From contig CP068257.2 of NCBI GenBank assembly GCA_009914755.4, positions 27,680,001 to 27,744,000 on the forward strand: a stretch of DNA of 64,000 bases, read 5' to 3'. The DNA is from the human T2T-CHM13v2.0 reference genome, Homo sapiens. Shown piece by piece: positions 13,726 through 29,557 of the stretch (position 1 is its first letter; each line of letters begins with the position of its first letter). The notes below the pieces were generated by a model. It was not told where the DNA came from. It saw nothing but the letters and a program-made list of their open reading frames with translations, and searched no databases. The translations under genes and the position numbers were made by a program.

Positions 13726-14915
13726 CACTGTGTGATAAATACCAAAAGAGAGAGATGAAGTTTGAAGGACTTCTGTTCATTCGTTTCCAGTAGATATATT
13801 AACCATAAAGTAGGTTCACACATTGGCTGTGTTCACACATCGGCCATTTAATTGTTTAAATCAAATGCCATGCTGCAAGACAAAAAAGAATAATGATTCT
13901 ATGCTCATTATTTGATAACTCCTGGAAAAATGCAGCATATATTCAGTCTTGCTCATTGCCAACAAGAACCTCTAGACCTGGGACATGTCCCTGAGCAGTG
14001 GTTTAACAGTGATTAGTTGTAGGAATGTGACTTCTAGTGGAGTAAAGTTTATTGGATCTAGTTTTTCATGGCCATTGATTTTTAAATTTTCCTTTGGCCA
14101 TTTCAACTATTGATGAATGTCTTAATTTAGCATGAGTTACATGTAGCTGGTATGATATTAATCAAAGCAAGCTTGATTTGTATATTCTGTTTGTATTTGA
14201 TAGATCCTTTCTGTAAAATATTACTTATAAGTCCAATAATGACAAGGGCCTGTTAGTTCCTTCCAAAAATATATTAATTAAAATATTTTTTCTTTTTTTT
14301 GTTTTTATATTTTATGATTTTTTTTGCCTTTCAATAGTTGGCTTTTCTCTTTATAATCACAATTTACATTCTTTTTAAAAATTATTTTTCTATTTTATCC
14401 ATTGCATTTTTTCCCCTTTCTTGGGCTTTATTTGTTTTTTGTAAGAATACTTAACATGGGATCTACCCTTATAACAAAATTTTAAGTGTACGATACAGTA
14501 TTGTTAAGTATAAGCACAATATTGTACAGCAGATCTCTATAACTTATTCTTTTATGACTGAAACTTAACCCATCCAATTGCAATTCCCCATTTTTTCCCT
14601 CTCCCTAGCCCCTGGCAACCACCATTCTACTCTCTGTTTCTGTGAGTTTGACTGTTCTGTCTACCTCGTATAAGTGAAATCATGTTGGATTTACTCTCCT
14701 CTGTGTCTGGCTTATTTCACTTAGCATGATGCCTCCCAAGTTCTCCATATTGTAGGCAAATGGCAGGATTTCCTTCTTTTTATCAGGCTGAATGGTATTC
14801 CTTTGTGTATATACACCACGTTTTCTTTATCCGTTCATCCATCCATGGACATTTAGGTTGTTTCCATATCATGGCTATTGTGAATAATGCGGTAACGAAT
14901 ATGGCGGGGAGTACA

Positions 14916-15197
14916 GACTGGGCACAGTGGCTCATGCCTGTAATCCCAACACCTTGGGAGGCTGAGGTGGGTAGATTGCCTGAGCCCAGGAGTTTGAGAT
15001 CAGCTTGGGCAACATGGTAAAACCCCATCTCTACAAAAAATACAAAAATTAGCCAGGCATGGTGGCATGTGCCAGTAGTCCCAGCTACTTAGGAAGCTGA
15101 GGTGAGAGGATCGCTTGAGCCTAGGAGGTTGAGGCTGCAGTAAGCCATGATTGTGCCACCGTACTCCTGCATGACAGAGACCCTGTCTCCAAAAAAA
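14916..15197 (+). mobile_element. Alu, 180 bp upstream of the exon 4 acceptor
   Basis: Contains gactgggcacagtggctcatgcctgtaatcccaacaccttgggaggctgaggtgggtag...gagaccctgtctccaaaaaaa. Confidence 0.9.
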
Positions 15198-15376
15198 TAT
15201 GTGTAGATCAGTGCAGATATCCTTTTGAGATTGTATAGAAATTGGGATAGAGGCCTATGTTTTCTTTAATGTAAAATAAGTTCTCTGAAAAACTTAGATG
15301 TATACCTTCATCTTCCTAGGTTTGACTATAATTATAAAATACAGCAATAATTAGTAATATTTATTTCATATTCTAG

Positions 15377-15583
15377 GTAAAACTGCCATTCAATGCACAA
15401 CGGATAATTTCACTGTCTCGAAATGATTTTCAGTCCTTGTTGAAAATGCACAAGCTTACTCCAGAACAGCTGGATTGTATCCATGATATTCGAAGAAGAA
15501 GTAAAAACAGAATTGCTGCACAGCGCTGTCGCAAGAGAAAACTTGACTGTATACAGAATCTTGAATCAGAAATTGAGAAGCTG
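15377..15583 (+). CDS. BACH1: BACH1 coding exon (exon 4, 207 nt): CNC domain and basic region of the bZIP
   Basis: Acceptor ttctag at 15371-15376. Translation [69 protein letters not shown]. The donor is GTAAGT at 15584. The basic motif [17 protein letters not shown] is the CNC-bZIP DNA-contact region. Confidence 0.95.
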
Positions 15584-16033
15584 GTAAGTGTAAAAGTTTC
15601 TTGTTACTATTTAAATTCCACCACTTTCTTTTTTGTCAAGGAAATAGTTTTTAAATTTCTAGGTCAGATATAATGCTCAATTACTTATTTTAATATGTAT
15701 CAATTACCATTTTATCATTTTTACCATGATATGCTGTGATATGTAAGTGCTTTTTAAAAAGAAGGTTTTCAAATTAAGAATGACTTTACTGTCTACCTAA
15801 TCATTAGTGGTTGTGAATAGATTCAAGAAATTATAAAGCACTTTAGGTTCTCTGTTTTGTGTCTATAGAAGTTAATATTCCAGGTGTTCATTTAAATGAA
15901 CTGTGGACCTGAATAACTTGTTTTGGTTGATACCAAAACCAGACCAACCAGGATCTTTCATCTAAGGAAAAAAATTCTGATAGATATGGTGATATGAATT
16001 GAAAATATTAATATCTAATGGGATCCTAAGTGA

Positions 16034-16365
<332 letters not shown>

Positions 16366-17529
16366 GAATCTTATTTTCTATTCCAGCATCAAGACACAAA
16401 TTAACTGAAAATTGATTAGTTTACTCCTCTTTCTTTTTTCCGTTGGTGGAAGGAAGCATTGTATGAAAGAGGACAACTCTGATAGTACAGGCCAGCTAAA
16501 GCTAAGATATGGTAAAAGATAGCAAGGAAACAGCCTAGAAGTAGTAAAAACATTGCTTGAATATTCAATTTTGTGTCTATTAATTGTTGAAAGTTTAAAA
16601 GTTGGGATTGTGGCAAGTTTTCAAGCGTGAACATTCTAGCTATGAATGGCAATTAAACAGCAACAATTTAGGGAAAAAAATTGTGCCTCCAGGAGAAGTT
16701 GAAAAATAAAAAATTATTATTTATATATTGTACATATACTTTGTGTAAAAAGATAAAAAATCATAACTATATTAAAGAGATGAAGCATAACTAAATAAAA
16801 AATAGAGGAACTAGATGTTTTACAAATAGAGGCATGAGAGATGTTAAAAAAAAAAACAAAAAACCCAAACACCGACATGATATTGCTGAATAGTTAAAAT
16901 TGTTAAAACCAAGGAGGAAAAGTTTTCAATTCTATAGTACTTAGTACTTTTAGAGTGTGTATCAGTAATACCTTTAATAAACACTGGTGTTCTTTCTTAT
17001 TCAGTTTTGAATTAAACCCTTACCTGCCTTTAGAAGGAGTATAGCATTTTGAGCTTCAGTTTTTATTCTGTGCTGCAATACAGAGATGCTTTTTACACTG
17101 TTAGGTTATGCGAAGCTAGTGGAATGAAATCTACATAAAATTGTACTACTGAAGTTCTTAGTTATGCTTCTTAGTTCTTTTTCTTGCTCTTTCTCGTCTG
17201 CCAGCTATAATTTATAGTAGTTCATAGAGTTTATCCAGTTTTCTTACTCCTCTAAAAATAAAAATAAAAGCGAAACAAGACTATTCTAGTTTATTTCGTA
17301 ACTTTATTTTATAAATGGATACTAAGCAAATATGTTTGAGAGTAGCTATTATCCTTTAGAACTACTCTATTTCTTGGCTCAAGGGTTTTATTTTTTTGAT
17401 ACAAATCAGACATTGGTTTGCTAGATTATTGATATTGCTACTAAATTTCAGATATCTAGGATGAAGAAGCCTTGCTATCTTTGGGCTTTCTTCTCCCTCT
17501 GCCTTTCCTTCTTAGAGAGGTGGCAGATA

Positions 17530-18122
<593 letters not shown>

Positions 18123-19974
18123 CTCCATTTTCCCTTTCTTAATTGACCTTCTTCCTAATGTCTCTGCCTAAACTGTAAACTCTGTGTTTGGTATATTGCT
18201 TCTGTCATCATAGTAAGGTTCCTTTCATATGGTCAGTGAATAACTACTGGTTAATTTTCAATACAAAGTAATATTTTGTTTCTCAACAGTTTTTATGAAA
18301 TCCAAAATCTGAATGGTCAGTATCCTGTTTAACTATTACATTAATTTGGACTCTTTGGCTTCAAGAAACAGACTTTTGATTGAAGAATGAATGAATGAAT
18401 GAATGAATTTGTTGTAGGGAGATAGGTACCTCTCATTTAGAAGCTAGACAATGGAGCCAGGCCTCATAAATAACAGGGAACAGAAGTGGAAGACTCCTGG
18501 GAACCCAGGGACTTCTCTGTGCACCCGCTTCGCTCTCTATCCGAGAGTGGCTTTGTGTGTCACTAAGTGCACATGGGAAGGGTGGCTGTGGCACAATGCC
18601 TGAATAATTTCACTCTCTCCAGGGACTAATCCAGTCAGAGACTACTGTTTTAGTCAGTTCTGAATTCCCAAGGAGAGCATCTTACTGGCTGAATTCACTC
18701 AGGTATCCTCTTCTGTGACTAGCGAGCAAGAACAAAATAGAAGAGTCAAGACCCTCCTTTCTGGGCAGGCACAGCAGACATCTGATAGTGTCTCCTGCAC
18801 CTAGATAGGCGCCAGTCTGACTTCTAAAATAACCCCAGAGAAGTTGTGTTGGAATTTTTGTATCAGAGTGACTCATTTGTGTTTCATCTTCCTTGAAGTC
18901 TCTACTCAGTCCTTCACACTGCTCTCAGTTCTAGTGATTTGTACTGGCAAACTCCAGTTGCAGCGTGAGGGGTACATTACAAATTTCTGTACTGCGTAGA
19001 TGTCTTTCTCAGATAAACATAAACAGAAAATATGCTGCTTATTAGCTAATACGAATAAGAAAGCTGGCCCGTCTAGAAGGAAAAGAATTTGACGTTTAAG
19101 ATAGTTATTATGGTAAGAAGTTTACTTGGACCCTGGTTGTTGGGTGATGTTATGGATCTTGTCTTTTGTAAACAGAAAACTAGGAGGGTTACAGCCAGAG
19201 GTTTATACTTAGTAGCATGGAGAGTTGAGAAAGAGGAAGGAATGTGAACAGATATTTGTGTATATTTTAATCTCATTGAGATGTTACTTTTTGAAAGTAA
19301 CATGGCCAATAAACAAGCAGTATTCTTAGTCTTTATAGTCTAAAGATTATAACAAACCTATTTAAGGGAAATTGCTTGTTTAATAATTAAACAGCCATTT
19401 GCACATAGTGAATGACTGGTTGGCTTTAACATATTAATAGATTCACAGTATTTATTGCTCAGGTCTAAAAATATTCATGCAGAGGGCCCTATATTCTAGT
19501 TAGTTTGGTCTTAGGCTATTGGCTGTTTGTTTTCCTAGAAAGAAATCTTGGAACTTTTTGCAGTTCGTCCTGAGGGCAATGGCATAATAGATTCTGGATG
19601 GATCAGCATGTGATAAAAAGGGGTTTGATTACAATAGAATAATTATTCTAAAATGTTTGCAAAGTGGGTTAGTATTATAATTATGTATAAAGGAATAAAG
19701 GACACTTTTATTAAAGTCTCAGTGTGTTGGGACAAAGGGAGATGTGAGTTAGCATTTAGTAAATAAGGTATTTCTCAACAAGAAGTTCTGTCAGAGTCTA
19801 ATAGAACCTTTGAAGAAAAGGTGTTTATTTATTTGGTGGAAAAATGGATGGTATTGACTTTAGCATTTATTTTGAATTTTATAGTATGTTAGAGGTTAAG
19901 CATTAATTTAGCATTGCTTTTATTACAAGAACTGAATGCGCATAATGCATAAGCCAGTAACATGACTTTGGTTT

Positions 19975-20287
19975 TTTTTGTTATTTTTTTTATTTTTTTT
20001 ATTTTTTTTTTTGAGGCAGAGTCTCGCTCTTTTCGCCCGGGCTGGAGGTCGGTCTTGGCTCACTGTAAGCTCCGCCTCCTAGGTTCACACCATTCACCTG
20101 CCTCGGCCTCCCGAGTAGCTGGGACTACAGGCGCTGGCCACCATGCCTGGGTAATTTTTTTATATTTTTAGTAGAGACGGGGTTTCACTGTGTTAGCCAG
20201 GATGGTCTTGATCTCCTGACCTCTTGATCCGCCCGCCTCGGCCTCCCAAAGTGCTGGGATTATAGGCGTGAGCCACTGCGCTCGGCC
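19975..20287 (-). mobile_element. Alu (antisense)
   Basis: T-rich tail then gaggcagagtctcgctcttttcgcccgggctggag...gtgagccactgcgctcggcc. Confidence 0.95.
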
Positions 20288-22549
20288 GACTTTTAAAACT
20301 AACAATTATAAAGTCTTTGGATTCAGCTTCTGTTCAGTGTTTAACTTATGAAGCTCTTGTCTATGTAGCTTTCTTTACAAGGTCCAAGTTTATTCTTTTC
20401 TGGAAGATTAATTCAGAAGTTAGAAAATATACATATCTCTGATAACCATTTTAACCTCAGAGGTACCCTGAAATGAAGGGAGCCTCGCTTTTTGCAGAAA
20501 AATATTTACCAAAATGTATTTCTTTTAGAAAGTATCAAATATTGTTTTCGATATCAACTTGTAAGTGATCAGCAATCAGAATATTCACAAACACTTGCGC
20601 TCAGGGTTGAGGTGTTCAGACACCATTTTATTTCATTACTTTTGTCCATTATGATGGCACAGAAGTAAAACGACCTCATCCGTCCTTAGTGATTTGCATT
20701 TTGTGGTGAAGATTATATTTTATTAAAAATAAACCTGTCCTATTCACAACTAGTCACAATTTACTGGCTGCTCAACCAAAGCGCACCCCAGTGGCCCTTC
20801 CGGAACCTGCCCTCTGTCATTCCGTGTTGTCGTTGAGCAGCATTTCTTGAAATGTGGTGTGTGTCCCATTGGCATCATAGTTATCTTGGGGTGCCCCTTA
20901 AGGTGGACATTTCTTAGTCTATACCAGAGCTGTTGTTAAGGCCCTGGACCTTGCATTTGATACAAGTCCAAGATAAATGTCATGTACGTTTTAAATTCTG
21001 AGAACTCACTGCATGATAGCACTGAGGTCAGACGGAGGCTTTGGAGACAAATGACTGGAAAGCCTGCCTGGCCACTGGGTAGCTTTGTGGTCTGGGGCAA
21101 TTGCTTAACCTCCAGTACCCACATTCCCCCGTTACTAATGTGGGATAAGAGTAACAGCCACAGCGGGGTTGATGCAAGGATCTGATGAGATCAGGGATGA
21201 AAAGCTGTTTGTACTGCCCAGCACGTGTTCAGGGCTCAATATGTATTAGTTGTACTTTAAATAAAAGTGGTTCTCTATTCTTCCTATAAGTATTTGCTGG
21301 TGACCCTACATGTTAAATGTTGTGCTTGGTACCAGGATGTCAGAAATGAGTAAGACAGAATCCTCACTTACTTACAGTCTCATAGGGAGTCAAGTTCAAG
21401 TGTGTTCATTTTTTCTTGAGCTTCATGTCAGCACCCCCCACCCCATTCTAAAAATTTCAAGCTTTCAGAAAAGTTAAATGAATGGGTACCATAAGCAACC
21501 ATATACTCTGCATGTAGATTCTTTGATTTTTGACATTTTGCCACATTTGCTTTATTTCTCTATCTTGATCTTTCCGCCTTTGTCTCTCCACCTCAGATCA
21601 TCTGTCTATACCTGTTGGTTTGTCAGTCTTTGCACCTCTATCTCCGTCTATCCATCTTGGTCCTTTTTTAACCCCACTTGGTTGATCTTGGTCTCTCACC
21701 CCTTGGTGTCACTGTTGTTCCTGTCCTGCTGTCTTGCTGGCTGTCATTCCTCACTCTGGCTCTCTTCCTCTCCTTTTATTTTCTGAATTGTTTGAAAGCT
21801 ACCATATTATGACACTTCATCCTTAAATGTTTAAACATGCATCTTCTAAAAAGAGGCATTCTTAGATATGACTAATACCTTTATTATGCCTGAGAATTTC
21901 AACACATCCTAAATATTATATCTAGTTTTTATTCAAATTACTCTGATTTTCCCATCTTTCATAGATGCTTTTTTTTCAAACGAGGATACAGTCATCGTAT
22001 AATGCATTTGATTAAACCTGTTTAGTCTCTTAATCTAGAACAAGTACTCTCATTGTTTTAATGACAATAACTTTTTGAAGTATCCAGGCTGGATTTCTCA
22101 TAAATGTCTTACTTTAAGTTATTTGTCTGATTGCTTCCCCATGGCTTTAAGTCATTTCTCCATCCCTTTACTTCCCGTAAACTGGAAATGTTTGAGTTGA
22201 GGAGACTGAGTTTAAACATTCACTGGTGTTGTCCTTTATATTGTGTCGCCTAGGGAGGCAGGAGGTCCAGTGTCAGTATTGTCGTACCTGGGTAGCTGGG
22301 AAGTGCCAGATTGCTCCATTTTCAAAGTAATATTTTTTCAACCTGTGTTGCTTAGTTATCTATGATGTGTTACTTGGGCACTTTATAATTATCCCGTTCC
22401 CCAATACTCCTGCATCCTTTAGAATATGTTGATGACCTTCACTGTGATTACCATGATTACAAAATCATGATTTTTCTAAATCTTTCATTCTATTTACATT
22501 ATTTTAGTTGGTATTCCTGATTAAAAAGGATTGTTCTTCCTTTCTTTCT

Positions 22550-22861
<312 letters not shown>

Positions 22862-23454
22862 TTTTCTTGTTTTCTCTTTTCCCTCCCTCCCACTCTTTGG
22901 AATCACAGTGGACTCATGGATTAATTTTTTCTGATTCAATTTGTTAGGATAAGTAATAGTCATTATTCTTTTTGATGTTGACATTTTTCAAATTTGGCCT
23001 GGGAGAGCCCGTTCAAGCCAGCTCCTGTCCTGTTGACATAACCATCTAGCACTTGCCATGGTCTCACTTTTTAACCTCTATTGTTTCAAGATTTGGAATC
23101 ACCCATTTCTTTAAAACTCCTGGTTTCTTCTAGCAGTTATATTGGACTTTGGAAAGCCTACCTGCTGCTGGAGTATTATTCCTTCTGGGCCTTTTTCAGT
23201 GGACAGAGCTAGGAAATATATGCATCTGTGTATAAAATAAAGTTCATTATATCATGAATTCATATATATCAGGCTTCAGTAAATGAAAGTAAAAAGTACA
23301 TTAGAAATCCTGAGTTTATGTAGTATTTCCAGTCCAAATTTAGCAGTATAGAGCTTTTGTCTTCACTTCTGTGTTTATGTTTAATCTCTCATCATTTACA
23401 GGAAAAATTTTGGCTCCAATTACATTAGTGTATTGTTTCCTTTATAATATACAG

Positions 23455-23975
<521 letters not shown>

Positions 23976-24274
23976 GAAAGGATGTGGAACAAAATGTTTA
24001 TTGAGGACCTGGTGTGCGTTGTTTCTCTTAAAGTCAGTTTCCAAAAACCTGTCGATGATTTTAAGTGAGGGCACACTGTATAAAAAGTAAGAAAATTAGA
24101 CAATCAGTATTACTATTAACAGTAAACAAATTGAGCAGAATTTGAGATTTATTTGCTTTTTTATGCTTAAATATTTCCCAGTGTGAAGCTTTAAAGTTAT
24201 TTGAAATATTTGTGTTACCAATTTGGCATACAATTAATTTTTTTTTCTATTTATATTACTGGGATTTACTCTAC

Positions 24275-24558
24275 ATTTTTTGAGACAGGGTTTCACTCTG
24301 TCACCCAGGCTAGAGTGCAGTGGCACAGTCATGACTCACTGCAGCCTTGACTTCTTGGGATCAAGCAAATCCTCTCATATCAGCCTTCTGAGTAGCCAGG
24401 ACTACAGGTGCGCACCACCATGCCCGGGTAATTTTTTTGTGAAGATGAGGTTTCGCTGTGTTGCCCAGGCTCCTCTCAAAACTCCTGGGCTCAATCGATC
24501 CTCCTGCCTTGGCCTCCCAAAGTGCTGAGATTTTAGGCATGAGCCACCATGCCTGGCC
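24275..24558 (-). mobile_element. Alu (antisense, older AluJ/S-like)
   Basis: Contains tttttgagacagggtttcactctgtcacccaggctagagtgcagtggcacag...gcatgagccaccatgcctggcc. Confidence 0.9.
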
Positions 24559-25519
24559 TACATTTTTAATTTGTTTTATTTTGAATGTAAAACGTTTATA
24601 TGGTTCAAACATTAAAACTATATTTTAAAAAATATATACTCCAAATCTTGATCTCATCTTCTCCTTATACCCTATTCATAGCTACTTCCTATAGGTAACC
24701 ATTTTCATTAGTTTCTGGATTTTTTTTTCCCTGTGTTTCTTTTCTAAAAATGTGTTAACATTTTATGTCTACTCTTATTATCCATCCTGCTGCATGGAAG
24801 TATTTTATATACATTTTTCTGTACTTTTTAAACTTAAGAATTGATTTATAGGAAATATTTTTTCTTAGTTCAGAGAGGTTGTCATTCGTTTTCCAGCTCC
24901 ATAGTACTCAGTAGTGACTGTAATACAGTTCAAACCAGTCTTCTGTGGGTGGACAGTTGGGATCCTGCAGTGAATAACTGTATACTGTTTCATGTTTAAG
25001 GAGCTGTGTCTCTAGGACACATTCCTAGAAGTGGGATTGTTGGATCAAGGGTAAATACATACATAATTTTATTAGATATTAACAGATTCCCCTCCTTAGG
25101 AATTGTCATATTTGGCCTTCCAGCAGCAGTATATGTGTGTGTGTCTGTCCACACCCTCAGTCAAGATTTGTTGTCAGCTTTTGGGTTTTTTCCAGTCTGA
25201 TAGTGAGATACCATGATATCTCGTGGTAGCTTTTATTTTTATCTTATGAGTGAAAATGAGCATTTTTGCTTATATTTCTCAGTGCCATTTGCAGATTTCT
25301 CTGAACTGCCGTTCAGAGGTTTTACTTACTAAGGAACTATTAGTGACCATTTTCTAACAGTGAGTACTCTTTACCCTATCATAAAATTGTCACTTGTACT
25401 TTTGGTGCCAAATTCTTCTATATCTTTATTGGGTGAGTTATATTTATGATCTTTAAAAAAATTATATTTGAATAAATATTGTGCACTAGCTATTCAAAAT
25501 AAGGATTTAGATGCAAAGG

Positions 25520-25822
25520 TTTTTTTTTTTTTTTTTTTGAGACAGAGTCTTGCTCTGTCACCCAGGCTGGAGTGCAGCGGCACAATCTCGGCTCACCGCA
25601 ACCTCCGTCTCCCAGGCTCAAGTGATTCCCCTGCCTCAGCCTGCCCTTTTAGCTAGGTTTACAGGTGTGTGCCACCATGCCCAGCTAATTTTTTTGTATT
25701 TTTATTAGAGACAGGGTTTCACCATGTTGGCTAAGCTGGTCTCGAACTCCTGACCTCACATGACCCGCCCACCTCAGCCTCCCAAAGTGCTGGGATTACA
25801 GGCGTGAGCCACTGTGCCCAGC
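25520..25822 (-). mobile_element. Alu (antisense)
   Basis: Poly-T(20) then gagacagagtcttgctctgtcacccaggctggagtgcagcgg...gtgagccactgtgcccagcc. Confidence 0.95.
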
Positions 25823-28286
25823 CTGTAAAGATTTTTTGTTGGTATAAAATCCAGAATGGTACCAGAATGCCAATTTTATTCCTTTTTAAGAAATAGCTCT
25901 AATTAAAGGTGCAGCACTTCAAACGTGATTTATACAGTTGTTTTTATAGGAAAATGGAAATATATTGTAGGGATAGGTAGCAGGACACTAATAGTGAGTC
26001 CCACTCATGACTGTAAGTAGTGACTTTGGGAGGTATCTTAAATACTGATGTCATTAAGTAATTAACTTGAATTACTTGTATTTTACTTTTAGTTATTAAG
26101 CTGACTGCTATTATAGTAAATATGTGTCTTAAACTTAGAGTGAAATGGAAACTGCTTAGAAGCTTAGCTGTGTAGGAGTTAAAGTGCAGGGGAACAGATG
26201 GGAACATTTAATTTATAGAAATAATTCTGGTGGAGTTCTAGGGCTGTGCCTATTTGTTTTAGTTGTTGTGAAGAAGCAAGCCATCTTGTATACTTAAAGA
26301 ATGATGTCATCCCTAATTTAGTGGGGTGGGAGGAGTGAGAGTATTTAAAGATCATGTGGATATTAAGATACAGAAGTCATAAAATATTTGTAATCTTCAT
26401 AGTATCTGTAGGTTAAGTAGTGGTTCTAATTTCTGGGAGGAAGCTCAAGTACTCCTTATTTTGTTGAACCATATTTAATTTAAAAGACCAACCAGCAGTT
26501 GAAAATTTTCTATTGCTGTTTAGAATAGATTCATCCCAACTTTGGTAGAGGAGTCCATGGCTGAATATTGCCATGAGTGAAGAAAGATTCTTTCTCACTT
26601 TCTTCTGGAAGCTTTGTTTTCATCCTCCTTTGGATTGGCTTCTGAGAGACCATAAAAAGAAATGGGTGTTGATTGCATTTAATGGTTCCTACTGTGAACA
26701 AGCAGTAGGTACCGTTCTTGCCCTTTCAGTATCTGCAGACTCATTTTATCAGAAGAGTGCAACTGATAAACTTTGCATAAGAGAAAATGTACTGGCCAAA
26801 CATTGATTTTGCTTACATACACATACTTAACACGCACATTCTTGACCTACATCTATTTAAAAAAAAAAAAAAAAAGAACTTGTATATAAAAATCTGAACA
26901 GATTGGAGAATACTTTGCCATATAAAAATTTAGTATTTTGTATTTATTGTATATTTTCTCAAAATATTACAAGGCTTTAAAATATTTTAGAAATAACAAT
27001 AATTGGATTCATACATAATTTTATAGTAATACTTTTGTATAAAACCATAACAATACTTTTGTATAAAGCAAAATTCGTTTTACCCTTTTAGTGACTTTTA
27101 TGTCATAAAAGACTAAAGGATGGCACTTATAGATTAGCACTATGAACTAACTTGTCTCAAGGTTAACTGGCAGCCTCAACTCTCCAGAACCTGTCAATGA
27201 ACAGAAAGCAAACAGAACAACACTGACTTGTTGAGAGTTGTGATAAATTTCATAAGAAAAACGTTTGACTTTCTAGCAAGTGTTTATTTACTCTTTTCTT
27301 ATAAATACCTTGATTATTTGGTTTCCTGGCTCATAATAGATTAGAAGCAATAAGATGTTAGAACAAGAAGGATGAAATGGGATGATAATAGAAAAGACAT
27401 GCTGTCAGCAGTGATAAGTGACATGGACAGGAAGGCAGGAACCAGAAAAACTTTTGAAAAATTCTGTGGTAGACTTTCTTATAGGGGTAATATCTTAAAA
27501 TTATAATAATAACAAAAATGGTAATTAGCAAGCACAAAATTACCCCCCCGAATTCTTCACACTTTAGTAACTCACCCACCGGCTGTCTCTAGGCATCTTA
27601 AATTCAGTCCCATCCCTTCAGTGGGTTTGATGTTGCTTAAATCAAGAGAGGTGTTGTGTGGATTACATAGCTGAGATTGCATGTTGGAAAACATTTAGCA
27701 CAATATCTGTCAGAGAATCTGCTCAACAAATGCTGGTCATTAGTTGAATCTTGCAATGCTTTGAGTCTCAGTAATTAAGTTATGCTAACTGTACTTTTAC
27801 TTTTTTTCTTGTATCCCATCCAAAATGCCATCCATACCTGTTATGTACAGTCTGTAAATCCAGAAAGCTCCAAAAACCGTATGTTTGTCACAAACTCTTT
27901 TGACCGAAAAACTGCCCCAAATTGACATTAGACTACATAGTCTTTATCCTACTTTCTTCATTATTTGCTATTTTAATGTTTACCTAGAAATGTAAAGATA
28001 GTTGATAGGGAAGTGCTGCCCCAGGCCTGCTAGAGAAATTATGTGTGCACCCATACTGTCTTTCCAAAACCTGAAAAATGCTTTGTGCCAAAATACATCT
28101 GCCCCAAGAGTTTTGGGTGGGAGATTCTGGGCCTTTAGTATTTAATGTATAATTGAATGGAATTAAAAGGATAAACTCCATGTGATCTTACTTGATGAGA
28201 AGCCCCTGTATATTATTTGATCGCCTTGGAAATGTTGATTGAGCTAATAAACACAAGCCATTGTGTTCTCTTTCCCCACTTCACAG

Positions 28287-28721
28287 CAAAGTGAAAAGGA
28301 GAGCTTGTTGAAGGAAAGAGATCACATTTTGTCAACTCTGGGCGAGACAAAGCAGAACCTAACTGGACTTTGCCAGAAAGTTTGTAAAGAAGCAGCTCTG
28401 AGTCAAGAACAAATACAGATACTCGCCAAGTACTCAGCTGCAGATTGCCCACTTTCATTTTTAATTTCTGAAAAAGATAAAAGTACTCCTGATGGTGAAC
28501 TGGCGTTACCATCAATTTTCAGTTTATCTGACCGGCCTCCAGCAGTGCTGCCTCCCTGTGCCAGAGGAAACAGTGAGCCTGGCTACGCGCGAGGGCAGGA
28601 GTCCCAGCAGATGTCCACAGCCACCTCTGAGCAAGCTGGGCCTGCGGAACAGTGTCGTCAGAGTGGTGGGATCTCAGATTTCTGTCAGCAGATGACTGAT
28701 AAATGTACTACTGATGAGTAA
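28287..28721 (+). CDS. BACH1: BACH1 terminal coding exon (exon 5 coding part, 144 codons plus TAA stop): leucine zipper and C-terminal region including the 6th CP motif
   Basis: Acceptor cacttcacag at 28277-28286. Translation QSEKESLLKERDHILSTLGETKQNLTGLCQKVCKEAALSQEQIQILAKYSAADCPLSFLISEKDK...CQQMTDKCTTDE, stop TAA at 28719-28721. The four exons sum to 78+445+69+144 = 736 aa. Confidence 0.95.
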   Translation, partial: QSEKESLLKERDHILSTLGETKQNLTGLCQKVCKEAALSQEQIQILAKYSAADCPLSFLISEKDKSTPDGELALPSIFSLSDRPPAVLPPCARGNSEPGYARGQESQQMSTATSEQAGPAEQCRQSGGISDFCQQMTDKCTTDE

Positions 28722-29550
28722 ACTTGCATTCACTTCCTTCAAACCATCTAATTTTCTCCTGAAGTTTTGGCAGCGTCTTGAAAGCCTAATATGACCATCT
28801 GTTGCTCAACAATACTGTTTTTTTCCTTTAGTAGTTTACCACAAGGGAATTTCCTTTAAGTCAACCATGATTTCTCCTTGATTTCTACAAGAGACAAAGA
28901 AATGATTTTGCCTCCTGGATATCAGAAAAATCCATGTGAAAATGTAGTAAACCTTTAAAACTCATGTTTTAAAGAATAATAACTCTAGTAATAACTCTTC
29001 CTGCTATTCAGAATAAGTAGGAGAATGAAAACTGCAGCATATCAGACAGCAATTTAACAGCTTGAAACATCTACAGATAGTTCCTACTAAAAGAAGTGGC
29101 CTGCAGAAGTTTAATAATTTGACTTTTTTCTAATATTTTAGTTTGAAAGAAAATTTCTTCCCAAGCAATGCTAATAGAGTTCTATTCTTAGAAGCAGGGT
29201 GTCAGCTACTGGGAATATTTTTGTAGAGCTGCATTGTGAAAAAAAGATGGTCTTACCTGAATCTTAGGGCTTTGTTCTTCGGCTCCTAAAATCAGGCTTT
29301 AAGCTACATTGGGAAGATTTAGTAAATAGGCAAGTGGTTGGCCTAAGACGGAGGCTGCTTCTCCTCTTCAGTATGGACTCTAGAAAGTCTGGCTACATGA
29401 ATAGATTTAAGTGTCACTTTCCCTCCCTGCCCCCCGCTTCAGTCTCTACCATATCTGGTCCCATCATGGACTTCCTATTTCCTGGCATTTTTGTCCCTTT
29501 GGAAGAAGAAATAGGACTCAGAATACAGTGGCATGAGTGATTACACTGGC

Positions 29551-29557
29551 AGCATTA
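29551..29557 (+). promoter_or_regulatory. miR-155 seed match (AGCATTA, 7mer-m8) in the BACH1 3'UTR
   Basis: Exact complement of miR-155 nt 2-8 (UAAUGCU). BACH1 is an established miR-155 target with multiple 3'UTR sites. Confidence 0.55.

Noticed and set aside
20990-21140. Possible additional MIR fragment (ctgggtagctttgtggtctggggcaattgcttaacctccagtacccacattccc)
   Set aside because: The similarity to the MIR core is weak and short; it was not included as a feature.
28492-28695. Alternative-frame ORF overlapping BACH1 exon 5 (MVNWRYHQFSVYLTGLQQCC...)
   Set aside because: It is an out-of-frame overlap within a known coding exon. There is no independent support.
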